This document shows positions 10,696 through 19,717 of a stretch of DNA of 64,000 bases, in pieces. Position 1 is the first letter of the stretch. Every line of letters begins with the position of its first letter. The notes below the pieces were generated by a model. That model saw nothing but the letters and a program-made list of their open reading frames with translations, made no database searches and was not told the origin of the DNA. A program made the translations under genes and the position numbers. Source of the DNA: an uncultured delta proteobacterium (GTDB lineage Bacteria; Myxococcota_A; Polyangia; Haliangiales; Haliangiaceae); the NCBI GenBank assembly GCA_963848295.1, contig CAWKDB010000010.1, positions 96,001-160,000 of the forward strand, given 5' to 3'.

Positions 10696-12233
10696 GTGAG
10701 ACCATCCCTCCCCCGAACCTCGTCGGTGAAATTCTCGGCGATCAGAAGACCAAGAAACGCCGCCCCGATCCGTGCGCGATCGTGATCTTCGGCGCGACCG
10801 GCGATCTGGCCGGACGCAAGCTCGCGCCGGCGCTCTACAACGTCATGCTCGACAAGTCGATCTCGGACCCGACAGTGATCATCGGCGTGTCGCGAGGTCA
10901 GATGCCGGTCAAGGATCTCGCCGCGAAGCTCCACGACGGTGTCGCCGAGTTCTCGCGCCAGAAGCTGCAACCCGCGGCGTGGGACAAGTTCGTCAGCATG
11001 CTCGACTACGTCGGCGGCGACTTTGCCGACGATGCGACGTACGTCGCACTCAGGGCCAAGCTCGAACAGGCCAAGGCCAAGGGCACGCGCGGCAACCGGT
11101 TGTTCTACTTCGCGACGCCGCCGGCGATGTTCCCGCTCATCCTCGCGAAGCTCAGCCAACACGGGCTGATCGAGCACGGCACCGGCGTCGGCCACGAGAA
11201 CACCTGTCGTGTCATCGTCGAGAAGCCGTTCGGTCGCAACTTCGCGACCGCGACCGAGCTCAACGACCTGATCGCGAAGCACCTCGACGAGAGCCAGATC
11301 TATCGCATCGACCACTACCTCGGCAAAGAGACGGTCCAGAACATCTTGGTGCTGCGGTTCGGCAACTCGATCTTCGAGCCGATCTGGAATCGCAACCACG
11401 TCGACTACGTCGAGATCACCGCGGCGGAATCGATCGGCATCGAGGGGCGAGGCGCGTTCTACGAGTCGACCGGGGTCGTTCGCGACATCATCCAGAACCA
11501 CCTGCTGCAAGTGCTGTCGCTCGTCACGATGGAGGTCCCCGCGTCGTTCAACGCCGACGACATCCGCGACGAGAAATCGCAGGTCTTGCGTTCGGTGCGC
11601 AACCCGACGCTGGTCGATGTCGCGACCGAGTGCGTCCGCGGGCAATACCGCGGCTATCGCCAGGAGCCCGGCGTCGCGAACAACTCGCAGACTCCGACGT
11701 ACGCGGCCATGCGATTCATGATCGACAGCTGGCGCTGGCAAGGCGTGCCGTTCTATCTACGCGCCGGCAAGAAGATGACCGACCGGCTCACCGAGGTCGC
11801 GATTCACTTCAAGGCCGTGCCGCTGATGCTGTTCAAGGAAGAAGCGGCCGGCAGCGTGCTGCAACCGGCGGTGCTGATCCTGACGATCCAGCCGCACGAG
11901 GGCATCTCGCTGCGGTTCGCCGCGAAGGTCCCGGGCGACAACATCGAGGTCGGCAACGTCCACATGAACATGACGTACGCCGACGCGTTCAAGCGCCCGA
12001 TCGCAGAGGCCTACGAGCGGCTGCTGCTCGACTGTTTGCGCGGCGACGCGACGCTGTTCAATCGCCGCGACGCGGTCGACCGCGCGTGGGCGTTGATCGA
12101 TCCGGTGTTGCAGGTGTGGGACGCGTCTCCCGGCGTCGAGATCTACGAGCCGGGCTCGGCCGGGCCGGCGTCGGCGGACGAGATGATCCGGCGCGACGGC
12201 CACGCGTGGCGGGAGCTCGCGCCGAGTGCTTGA
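10692..12233 (+). CDS. zwf: Glucose-6-phosphate 1-dehydrogenase
   Basis: IFGATGDL, VEKPFG, YRIDHYLGKETVQN, RDIIQNHLLQ, WQGVPFYLRAGK. Confidence 0.97.
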   Translation: MSETIPPPNLVGEILGDQKTKKRRPDPCAIVIFGATGDLAGRKLAPALYNVMLDKSISDPTVIIGVSRGQMPVKDLAAKLHDGVAEFSRQKLQPAAWDKFVSMLDYVGGDFADDATYVALRAKLEQAKAKGTRGNRLFYFATPPAMFPLILAKLSQHGLIEHGTGVGHENTCRVIVEKPFGRNFATATELNDLIAKHLDESQIYRIDHYLGKETVQNILVLRFGNSIFEPIWNRNHVDYVEITAAESIGIEGRGAFYESTGVVRDIIQNHLLQVLSLVTMEVPASFNADDIRDEKSQVLRSVRNPTLVDVATECVRGQYRGYRQEPGVANNSQTPTYAAMRFMIDSWRWQGVPFYLRAGKKMTDRLTEVAIHFKAVPLMLFKEEAAGSVLQPAVLILTIQPHEGISLRFAAKVPGDNIEVGNVHMNMTYADAFKRPIAEAYERLLLDCLRGDATLFNRRDAVDRAWALIDPVLQVWDASPGVEIYEPGSAGPASADEMIRRDGHAWRELAPSA

Positions 12234-12834
12234 ACCCGAGGTCGTGTTCTTCGACATCGGCGGCGTGTTGCTGACGAACGGTTGGGATCACGACTCGCGC
12301 GGCCTCGCGGCCCAGCAGTTCGCGCTCGACGCCGGGTTCGAGCAGCGCCACAACGCGCTCGCGATCGATCTCGACCGCTCGACGATCACGCTCGACAGCT
12401 ACCTCGATCGCGTCGTGTTCGATCGGCCGCGCCCGTTCTCGCGCGCCGAGCTGATCGCGTTCATCGAGGGCCAATCCCAGCCCTATCCCGAGATGCTCGC
12501 GGTGCTCGACGAGGTGGTGCGCTCCGGGCGTTACCGGGTGTTCTCGCTCAACAACGAGTCACGCGAGCTCAACGGCTATCGCATCGCCACGTTCGAGCTC
12601 GCGCGCCGGTTCCACGGCTTCTTGTCGTCGTGTTACCTCGGGCTCGCGAAGCCGGATCCGGCGATCTACGAGCGCGCGCTCGAGATCGTGCAGCGGCCGG
12701 CGCAAGCGTGCGTGTTCGTCGACGACCGCCCCGAGAATTGTGCGCCCGCCGCCGCGCTCGGGATTCGCACGATCCATCACTCGTCGGCCGCGACCACGCG
12801 CAGCGCGCTACGCGAGCTCGGCGTCGCGTTCTAG
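12226..12834 (+). CDS. HAD-family phosphatase
   Basis: FFDIGGVL, LNN, KPDPAIY, VFVDDRPEN motifs. Confidence 0.9.
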   Translation: MLEPEVVFFDIGGVLLTNGWDHDSRGLAAQQFALDAGFEQRHNALAIDLDRSTITLDSYLDRVVFDRPRPFSRAELIAFIEGQSQPYPEMLAVLDEVVRSGRYRVFSLNNESRELNGYRIATFELARRFHGFLSSCYLGLAKPDPAIYERALEIVQRPAQACVFVDDRPENCAPAAALGIRTIHHSSAATTRSALRELGVAF

Positions 12835-13263
12835 CGCCGCGATCTTCGCGAGCCTACGCACGTGGCGCGGCTCGCCGCTGAACGTCGCGCCGATGAATGC
12901 GGTGACCAGCTCGGGCACGAGCGCTTCGCCGAGCACCCGCCCCCCGAGCGTCAGCACGTTCATGTCGTCGTGCTCGACTCCCTGGTGCGCCGAGTACGTG
13001 TCGTGGCACACCGCCGCGCGAATCCCGCGGAGCTTGCACGCCGCGACCGACGCACCCACCCCGCTGCCGCAGATCAGCACACCGCGCTGAGCACCGCCGC
13101 GTCGGATCGTCTCGCCGAGCAGGAGCGCGACGTCGGGATAGTCATCGCCCTCGACGAGCGTCGGTGACAAGTCCAGCGGCTGATCGCCATGCGCGCGGAT
13201 GGCGGCGATGGCCTGCGCTTTGAGCACGAACCCGGCGTGATCGGTGGCGACCGCGATGATCAT
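12808..13263 (-). CDS. rpiB: Ribose-5-phosphate isomerase B (RpiB/LacA/LacB)
   Basis: IAVATDHAG, DDYPD, ICGSGVGASVAACK, HDDMNVLTLGGR, EPRHVRRL. Confidence 0.93.
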   Translation of the reverse strand: MIIAVATDHAGFVLKAQAIAAIRAHGDQPLDLSPTLVEGDDYPDVALLLGETIRRGGAQRGVLICGSGVGASVAACKLRGIRAAVCHDTYSAHQGVEHDDMNVLTLGGRVLGEALVPELVTAFIGATFSGEPRHVRRLAKIAALERDAELA

Positions 13264-13368
13264 GCTCGAGGTTGTACCGCGTCTGCTAGCCGGCGCACGG
13301 GCTCGCGAGCGCCCAGCCCCAGATCGCAAGAACTGGCCCGCCGGCCGTGCGCTGGCGAGAATTTCGGG

Positions 13369-13863
13369 ATGGACAAGCAGGACTTGATCGCCCAGCTGGT
13401 GACCCGGCTCCAGGCCTCTGCTCGCAGTGCGCTCGCCGCGCGCGATGCGACCGCGGCCGAAGCGCGCGACGGCGCGACGCCCGACGAGAAGCGCGAGGAC
13501 GCGCGGGCCGCCCACCAACTCGGCACCCTCGGCCGTGCGCAACAACGCCGCGCGCAGCAAGCGATCGCCGAGGTCGACGCGCTCGCGACGTGGAGACCGG
13601 CTCCGGTCGCCGCCACGGCTCGGATCGAGGTCGGAGCGATCGTCGAGATCGAAGATCCCGATAGCGGTGAGGGCCGCACGTTCTTTCTCGCCCCGGTCGG
13701 CGCCGGCGTCACGTTGACCGGGCCCGGTGGTGATGGCGTGTTGTCGGTCGTCACCCCCGCGTCGCCGATCGGCACCGCGGTGATCGGTCGCGTCGTCGGC
13801 GACATCGTCGCGATCTCGCAAGCCGGCGAGTGGCGCGAGTGGCAGATCAGCTACGTCGCGTGA
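13369..13863 (+). CDS. GreA/GreB-family elongation factor-like protein
   Basis: N-terminal coiled coil; C-terminal IEVGAIVEIE...SVVTPASPIGTAVIGRVVGD. Confidence 0.8.
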   Translation: MDKQDLIAQLVTRLQASARSALAARDATAAEARDGATPDEKREDARAAHQLGTLGRAQQRRAQQAIAEVDALATWRPAPVAATARIEVGAIVEIEDPDSGEGRTFFLAPVGAGVTLTGPGGDGVLSVVTPASPIGTAVIGRVVGDIVAISQAGEWREWQISYVA

Positions 13864-13917
13864 GCTCCGAGGCCAATCGATCGGCTGTTCGGCGCAGCAA
13901 GGACGGCCGAATCGGCG

Positions 13918-14094
13918 CTACTGCGCGCGCGCGACGTGCACTCGCATCTTGCCGCCGGCGCGCTCGACCGTGACCGCCCACGGCCGGCAGCACACCGCGC
14001 AGTCCTCGACGAGCGCGCCCGTCGTATCGGGATCGACGTAGAGCTCGACCCACTCGCGGCAATACGGACAGCGTACGCGCACGGTGTCGGCCAC
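13918..14094 (-). CDS. CPXCG-motif cysteine-rich small protein (58 aa)
   Basis: Manual translation [58 protein letters not shown]; below ORF-track cutoff. Confidence 0.85.
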   Translation of the reverse strand: MADTVRVRCPYCREWVELYVDPDTTGALVEDCAVCCRPWAVTVERAGGKMRVHVARAQ

Positions 14095-14115
14095 GTGACA
14101 ACGGTAGCACCCGGC

Positions 14116-16026
14116 TCAACCGTCGTCGTGCATCGCGGGCCGTACGCCCGAGGCGGCCGCTTCTGCTCGCTCCGCGGCGCGGACGCGCATGAACTCGCGC
14201 GCGATCTCGGCCTCGTCGACGAAGCCGACGACGCGTTGTTCGGCGTCGACCACCGGGAGCTCGCGCACGCCCATCGCGAGCATCAAGTCGAGCGCGCGGG
14301 TCGCCAGCTCGCGCTGCGCGAGCCCGACCGCCGGCCGCATGACATCGGCAGCGCGGACGAGGCCATCGAGATCCGGCTCCGCCGCGAGCAGCGTGACGTC
14401 GTCGAGCGTGATGATGCCGACGAGCCGCTGCGCCGCATCGATCACCGGGAACACGTCCTGCCGGCCCGCCGCCTCGGCGACCTCGAGCACTCGGGCGACT
14501 TGCTCGGTCGGCGCGAACACCGCATGCTCGTCGGGATCGAGCTTGATCCGATCGATCGTCAGGCGATCGATCGCGTCGCTCTGCGGCTTCTTGGGCGGAT
14601 GCAGCTGAATCCCGTCCTGCTCGAGCAGCGCCTCGTAGATCGGTGTCGGCCGGATCCCGCGCGCGACGCCGTAGGCGACCATGTTCGCGATCATCAGCGG
14701 CAACGTCAGGCCATACCCCGCGGTCATCTCGATGATGATCAGCACCGACGTGATCGGCGCGCGCACGACGCCGGCAAACACCGCGCCCATCCCGACGAGC
14801 GCGAACGAGCCCACCTCCGAGTGCGCATGGCCGAACAGATAGACATCGAGAGCACCGAACGCGCCGCCGAGCATCGCGCCCATGAACAGCGCAGGCGCGA
14901 AGATGCCACCGGAGCCACCGCTCGCGTACGAGAACACGGTCGCGACCAGCTTCGCAGCGCCCATCACGAGCAGCACCTCGACGCCGAGGTTGCCGGACAA
15001 GGCGTCGGCGAGCGCGCCGTAACCACCGCCCGTGATGCCGGACTCGTGACAGACCAACATCACCGTGACCGCCAACCCGCCGGTCACCAAGCCGCCGACC
15101 GCCGGCTGGGCCCAGCCCGGGACCCTCTTCATCGCGTTGAACCGCTTGCGCAACCGCAACAGCGACTCCGTGAACGCCATCGACATGAACGCCGCGCTGA
15201 TGCCGAGCGCTCCGTACAGCACGAGCGACGAGGCGTGGTCGAACGAGTACCCGGTCGGGATCGTGAACACCGGGTTCTCGCCGAGCACGCTGCGCTCGAC
15301 GACGGCCGCGAGTGCCGCGGCGACGATCACGCCGGACAGCAGCGTCTGATCGAGGTTGCCGACGATCTCTTCGATCGTGAACGTCACCGCCGCGATCGGC
15401 GCGTTGAAGGCCGCCGCGATACCCGCCGCCGCGCCGACCGGCAGCAGCAACTGGAGGTTCCGCGCCGACACCCCGGCGAGTTGGCCGATGCCCTTCGCGA
15501 CCCCCGAGCAGATCTGGACGGTCGGGCCCTCGCGGCCGAGGGATGATCCGCTACCGATCTGAACGACGCCGATGAAGAACTTCCCGATCGCGTCGGTGAG
15601 CTTCAGCTTTGCCGCCGACATCGCATACGCGACTTTGATCTGCGGAACGCCGCTGCCACGCGCGCCCGGCACGACGTAGAGCATCACGCCCGCGATGAAC
15701 GCACCGAGCGTCGGGATCAAGATGACCCACGGGATCCCGCTATGGCCTTGGTCGAAGGCGCGGTTGACCGTGCGGTCCGCTAGCCAAGAGATCGTCTCGT
15801 GGAACGCGACCGCGACCAGCCCGCACGCGCCGCCGATCAGGATCGTCAGCCCGAACAACCGCTGGCGCTCGGTCGGGCTGAATCGCGCCTTCGTCTGGAG
15901 CCACAGCTGATAGCCGCGCTGTGCGACCTCGATCGCAAACGGGGCCCGCGGCGTATCAGTGGCGCGCCGCTCGGGATCAGGCTGGGGTGGCGTAGCTTCT
16001 ACGCTCACACGCGCGCGACCAAACAC
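14116..16026 (-). CDS. ClC-family H+/Cl- antiporter with C-terminal CBS domains
   Basis: GSGVP, GREGP, AAAFNAPIA, TIEE, GGIFAP, PIYEALL; CBS pair; exact start uncertain. Confidence 0.92.
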   Translation of the reverse strand: MFGRARVSVEATPPQPDPERRATDTPRAPFAIEVAQRGYQLWLQTKARFSPTERQRLFGLTILIGGACGLVAVAFHETISWLADRTVNRAFDQGHSGIPWVILIPTLGAFIAGVMLYVVPGARGSGVPQIKVAYAMSAAKLKLTDAIGKFFIGVVQIGSGSSLGREGPTVQICSGVAKGIGQLAGVSARNLQLLLPVGAAAGIAAAFNAPIAAVTFTIEEIVGNLDQTLLSGVIVAAALAAVVERSVLGENPVFTIPTGYSFDHASSLVLYGALGISAAFMSMAFTESLLRLRKRFNAMKRVPGWAQPAVGGLVTGGLAVTVMLVCHESGITGGGYGALADALSGNLGVEVLLVMGAAKLVATVFSYASGGSGGIFAPALFMGAMLGGAFGALDVYLFGHAHSEVGSFALVGMGAVFAGVVRAPITSVLIIIEMTAGYGLTLPLMIANMVAYGVARGIRPTPIYEALLEQDGIQLHPPKKPQSDAIDRLTIDRIKLDPDEHAVFAPTEQVARVLEVAEAAGRQDVFPVIDAAQRLVGIITLDDVTLLAAEPDLDGLVRAADVMRPAVGLAQRELATRALDLMLAMGVRELPVVDAEQRVVGFVDEAEIAREFMRVRAAERAEAAASGVRPAMHDDG

Positions 16027-16151
16027 ATCCGTGCTCTATACCGCAGGTCGCTTGGCCGCCCAATCGCGGAACGCGGATTCGTATGTGGACCGAGCCGTTG
16101 TCGAAGCCGGCGAGCTGTGCTGCGAGCCTCGGGCTACTGGCAACTCCGCAC

Positions 16152-16568
16152 TTACGGTCGACCGTGCACGGCAAGCGCCAGCTGCTCGACCCGTCGGGAC
16201 GCGTCGCCGCCCCGGGCGGTGTCGCGCCGGCCATGGACGAGCTCGTCGAGTTGGCGGCGCGCGGCTCGGAACGCATCGGCGATCGCGACGTAGACGTCGG
16301 CGTGCCCCTCGTCGTGGTCCGGATCGTGCGAGACCGAGATCGTGTGATCCGGGATCGCGAGCGTGATCCTCACCTGGAACAGGTCACCATGACGATGGCG
16401 GCGACAAGGTTTGTCGATGACGACGGCGCAGTGCTCGATCCCCTCGTAGACATGCTCGAGCCGTCCGAGCCAGCGCTCGATCGCCGCTTCGACCGATGGG
16501 CTTGTCGTCATCCCGCGAAACGTGATGTCGAGTGAGGTGTTTACCAAGCCGAGATGTCCGAGGCGCAT
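16152..16568 (-). CDS. HPF/RaiA-family ribosome-associated protein
   Basis: LDITFRGMTTSPSVEAAI...FQVRITLAIP...DVYVAIADAFRAARRQL; start uncertain. Confidence 0.85.
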   Translation of the reverse strand: MRLGHLGLVNTSLDITFRGMTTSPSVEAAIERWLGRLEHVYEGIEHCAVVIDKPCRRHRHGDLFQVRITLAIPDHTISVSHDPDHDEGHADVYVAIADAFRAARRQLDELVHGRRDTARGGDASRRVEQLALAVHGRP

Positions 16569-16581
16569 GGACCATGCGTAG

Positions 16582-16597
16582 TGCAAGAACGCCGCCG
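16582..16597 (-). promoter_or_regulatory. Putative sigma54 promoter of the HPF-like gene
   Basis: Minus strand CGGCGGCGTTCTTGCA = GG-N10-GC with TTGC. Confidence 0.5.
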
Positions 16598-16705
16598 GCT
16601 GCGGACACGGCGTCAGGCTCGAGCGTTCGTGCGCGCACGTACCCGTGGGCGATGGCGCACGTGCGCGCTCGCGTCGCCGCACGCGGTCGAGCGTCGCTGA
16701 CGACG

Positions 16706-16734
16706 TTGGCCGCCCGGCGATTTCCGTGTAGTTT
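16706..16734 (+). promoter_or_regulatory. Putative sigma70 promoter of tRNA-Sec
   Basis: TTGGCC-N17-TAGTTT ending 7 nt before the tRNA 5' end. Confidence 0.55.
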
Positions 16735-16741
16735 CACGCGC

Positions 16742-16838
16742 GGAAGCGCACGTCGATCTGGTGACGGCCTCGGTCTTCAAAGCCGGTGGTGCTCCGCGCG
16801 AGCGGCGGCACGGAGGGTTCGATTCCCTTGCGCTTCCG
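16742..16838 (+). tRNA. selC: tRNA-Sec (anticodon UCA)
   Basis: 8-bp acceptor GGAAGCGC/GCGCTTCC, anticodon loop CTTCAAA, long variable arm, 5-bp T stem with TTCGATT loop, G discriminator; CCA not encoded. Confidence 0.93.
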
Positions 16839-16903
16839 CTGTCTCGTATCAAACATGGCTCGTGCGCGCGATAGCTCTAGAACAGTGTGCAGCCGTCCGC
16901 TGA

Positions 16904-17227
16904 TCAGGTCTCGGCGAGACCCAGCACGTCGAGCAACGCGGCCGAAAGCTCCTGCCATCGCGCTGCCGAGAATGTGGCGATCCAAGGGCCGAGCGCGCTG
17001 CGATCGACGGTCTTGATCCACTCCGGCTTGAGCACGCAATCGCTGGGCAGGCCATCAGTCGCGAGGAGACGCACCTCCCAACGCAGGCCGCGAATCTGGG
17101 TCGACAGCGGGACGACCGGGATCTGCGAAAGCGACGGCAGCAGATCATCGCGACCAAGGACGAGCACGGGCCGGCGCTTGTCCGGTGCGTCGAATCGGAA
17201 CCAGCGGATATCGCCGCGTTGGATCAC
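16904..17227 (-). CDS. PemK/MazF-family toxin
   Basis: IQRGDIRWFRF..PDKRRPVLVL...VVPLSTQIRG; GTG start overlaps the upstream stop. Confidence 0.9.
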   Translation of the reverse strand: MIQRGDIRWFRFDAPDKRRPVLVLGRDDLLPSLSQIPVVPLSTQIRGLRWEVRLLATDGLPSDCVLKPEWIKTVDRSALGPWIATFSAARWQELSAALLDVLGLAET

Positions 17228-17436
17228 GGAAGCTCGGTGTCAGCGCCGTCCTCGATCGGCCCCTGAGGTCCTTGGGCAACCCACACCCTCCACAGCTCGC
17301 TCTGCTGCTCTGTCGTGAGGTGCTGCTCGTCCACCGCTTCGAGGACCACGCGTACGCGCTTCCCATCAAGCTCGGGAACGGTGCTCTCGAGCTCGATCGT
17401 CTTGCCATGCACTGTGCCGGTCTTCGTGGTTGCCAT
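17224..17436 (-). CDS. Putative antitoxin (DUF104/AF2212-like N-terminus)
   Basis: MATTKTGTVHGKTIELESTVPELDGKRVRVVLE with acidic tail; coupled upstream of the toxin. Confidence 0.75.
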   Translation of the reverse strand: MATTKTGTVHGKTIELESTVPELDGKRVRVVLEAVDEQHLTTEQQSELWRVWVAQGPQGPIEDGADTELP

Positions 17437-17528
17437 CTGCGTTCTCAATGTAGCAGCGATGCGCTGATGCGAGATCCTCGATTAGTGACACCCGCGACGT
17501 AAGCCTGCGGACACGCGATCCCAAATGA

Positions 17529-17592
17529 CTTCAAAGCCGGTGGTGCTCCGCGCGAGCGGCGGCACGGAGGGTTCGATTCCCTTGCGCTTCCG
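17529..17592 (+). repeat. Duplicated 3' 64 bp of tRNA-Sec (attR-like)
   Basis: CTTCAAAGCCGG...GGGTTCGATTCCCTTGCGCTTCCG identical to 16775-16838. Confidence 0.95.
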
Positions 17593-17662
17593 TTTTGTTC
17601 CGTGCCCGAGCGAGTGCAGGAGGCGGAGGAGAGCAACTACGGTTGTGGAATAGGCTCGCCGG

Positions 17663-19717
17663 GTGGAGACTGTCCTCAACATCACGACGGCTCCAGGCCG
17701 CGACGTTCTTCTCCGCTATCAACTGCTCCAGATGCGGCGGATTCGCGCGTTACTAGAAGCGCGAGCTGCCGAGAAGAACAATCAGGATCCAGGCCCGTTT
17801 CCGGCGGCGTTTCGTTCAGCTGGCGACGAGCTAGTGGCGCTCGAACGTGCGCACGTGATTCCGTTCGCCGAGTTGTGCAAGGTGCTCGATCTTCCCCCAT
17901 GGCTCCGGGATGCGCTCGTGCTCGCGGCGGCACCGCATCTCGACCATGGTGCTCGAGGCTCGATCGCGCGCTACTGGGGCCGCGAATCCAGAACACATGT
18001 CGATGCCGCACTCGTGATCGACCTGCTCTGCACGACGCCTGACGAGGCGATCTCCGCTGGCCCAGTCTTGCGCGAAGGGGGGCGACTGCACGCTGCCGCA
18101 CTTGTCGAATCGATCGCGCTCGCGCTGGTGCATTCGCCATCGCGGCTCGAACACGAGCTCGTTCCAACTCCTCGTCTGCTCCGCGTATTCGATGGCGAGA
18201 TCGGACTCGATCCGCGTTTCAAGTCGTTCGCGCGCTTGATCAACGCACGAATTGCGGATGCGATCGGCGTCCTGCCGGCCGAGCGCCTTGCGTGGACGGA
18301 TGCGCTCGTCGGCGCATCGCATCAGGTCAACGACCGCGATGGAGCGTGTTTGTTGCTCGCGGGGTCTCCGGGCGCAGGCAAGCTGCGCGTCGCCCAAGCG
18401 CTCGCCGCCGTGAGCGGCCGGCGATACGTCCTGAGCGTGGAGGCGTCATTCCTTCCGAGTGACGCACTTCGCCTCGGAACGTTGTTGCGCGCGCTCGCGC
18501 AGGAGGCGGAGATCCTCGGCGCGCAGCTCGTACTGCGGCGAATCGACAACTTCGTCACCGGCGGCCCCATCACCTCGGTGTTGCGCCAGTGCATGACTCT
18601 GGCAGGAGCACCGATCTGGTGTACCTCGGATGTCGATCCGATGAGAATGGATGCACCCCATCTCGGCGATCTGGCCATCGTGCGTGTCTCGATCGGACTG
18701 CCGGACATCGAGCTCCGCCGGATGGCGTGGGCCGCGGATCTCGCACGCCTTGGTGTCGCCGTCACCCAAGAGGATGTGAACACCGTCGGCAGCGAGTACC
18801 CGCTCTCGCGTGCCGGAATCGAGACAGCCGCGCGATTGGTCCGCGCACAGGCTTCGGACGTCGAACCAATCTCGACGGTTATTGGAAGGGCAGCCGAATC
18901 TCAGATGCGAGGCCAGCTAGCGCGATTTGCGAAACGCAGTCGCAGCAAGGCACGCCTCGATCACCTCGTGCTGACGGATAATACGCGCGAGCAAGTGAAC
19001 GAGCTGCTGACAGCGCTGCAACGGCGAACCTTCGTCATGGATCGTTGGGGTCTCACCGATCGTCACGCAACCGGTCGTGGGATCGTGACGCTGTTCAACG
19101 GCGCGCCGGGGACGGGCAAGACGATGTGCGCGGCCGCACTCGCGAACGAGATCGCGCAGCCCCTCTATCGCATCGACGTGAGCACCGTGGTCGATCGGTT
19201 CGTCGGCGAGACCGAGAAACAGCTCGTCAGACTGTTCGAGGAAGCGGCGGCGACACGCGCGGCGTTGCTGTTCGACGAAGCGGATTCGTTGTTCAGCAAG
19301 CGCGTCGAAGCAAAGGATTCAACCGACCGTTACTCCAATATGCAGGTCAACCTGTTGCTGAACCTCATTGAGGACTACGACGGGTTCGTCGTGCTCACGA
19401 CTAACCTCAAGGGCGCACTCGACGATGCGTTTCTTCGCCGCATCGTCTACAAGATCGTGTTCGAGATGCCAGAGCACGACGAGCTCGTCGCGCTCTGGGA
19501 ATATCATCTGCCGTCGTCGATTCCTCGCGCACAGGATGTGGATCTCGACGCGCTCGCCGAGGAGTTCCGTACGATCGCCGGCGGCGACATCAAGAACGCT
19601 GTGCTTCGCGCCGCGCTCGCCGCTGGTGGCGAACGGCCGGTCACGCTCGAGATGTTGCGGAAGTCAATGATCAACGAGCTACGTGCAAACGGTGGGGTCG
19701 TCGCCGATCGTCGGTAG
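17663..19717 (+). CDS. AAA+ ATPase, Afp15/Pvc15-like (eCIS-type) architecture
   Basis: N-terminal LVLAAAPHLD region, degenerate first P-loop GSPGAGKL, intact GAPGTGKT, LLFDEADSLFSKR, TDRYSNMQVNLLL, LTTNL..ALDDAFLRR. Confidence 0.82.
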   Translation: METVLNITTAPGRDVLLRYQLLQMRRIRALLEARAAEKNNQDPGPFPAAFRSAGDELVALERAHVIPFAELCKVLDLPPWLRDALVLAAAPHLDHGARGSIARYWGRESRTHVDAALVIDLLCTTPDEAISAGPVLREGGRLHAAALVESIALALVHSPSRLEHELVPTPRLLRVFDGEIGLDPRFKSFARLINARIADAIGVLPAERLAWTDALVGASHQVNDRDGACLLLAGSPGAGKLRVAQALAAVSGRRYVLSVEASFLPSDALRLGTLLRALAQEAEILGAQLVLRRIDNFVTGGPITSVLRQCMTLAGAPIWCTSDVDPMRMDAPHLGDLAIVRVSIGLPDIELRRMAWAADLARLGVAVTQEDVNTVGSEYPLSRAGIETAARLVRAQASDVEPISTVIGRAAESQMRGQLARFAKRSRSKARLDHLVLTDNTREQVNELLTALQRRTFVMDRWGLTDRHATGRGIVTLFNGAPGTGKTMCAAALANEIAQPLYRIDVSTVVDRFVGETEKQLVRLFEEAAATRAALLFDEADSLFSKRVEAKDSTDRYSNMQVNLLLNLIEDYDGFVVLTTNLKGALDDAFLRRIVYKIVFEMPEHDELVALWEYHLPSSIPRAQDVDLDALAEEFRTIAGGDIKNAVLRAALAAGGERPVTLEMLRKSMINELRANGGVVADRR

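Larger units (their letters stand above)
16775..17592. mobile_element. Integrase-less mini-island in tRNA-Sec carrying only a TA module
   Basis: Identical 64-bp direct repeats 16775-16838 and 17529-17592 starting at the anticodon loop, enclosing 690 bp. Confidence 0.8.

Noticed and set aside
16631..16668. GCGCGCACGT...ACGTGCGCGC inverted repeat upstream of selC
   Set aside because: Low-complexity GC-rich 10-bp arms, single occurrence, no supporting context
17529..17592. Second tRNA-Sec gene
   Set aside because: Lacks the 5' acceptor strand and D arm; it is an att-type fragment
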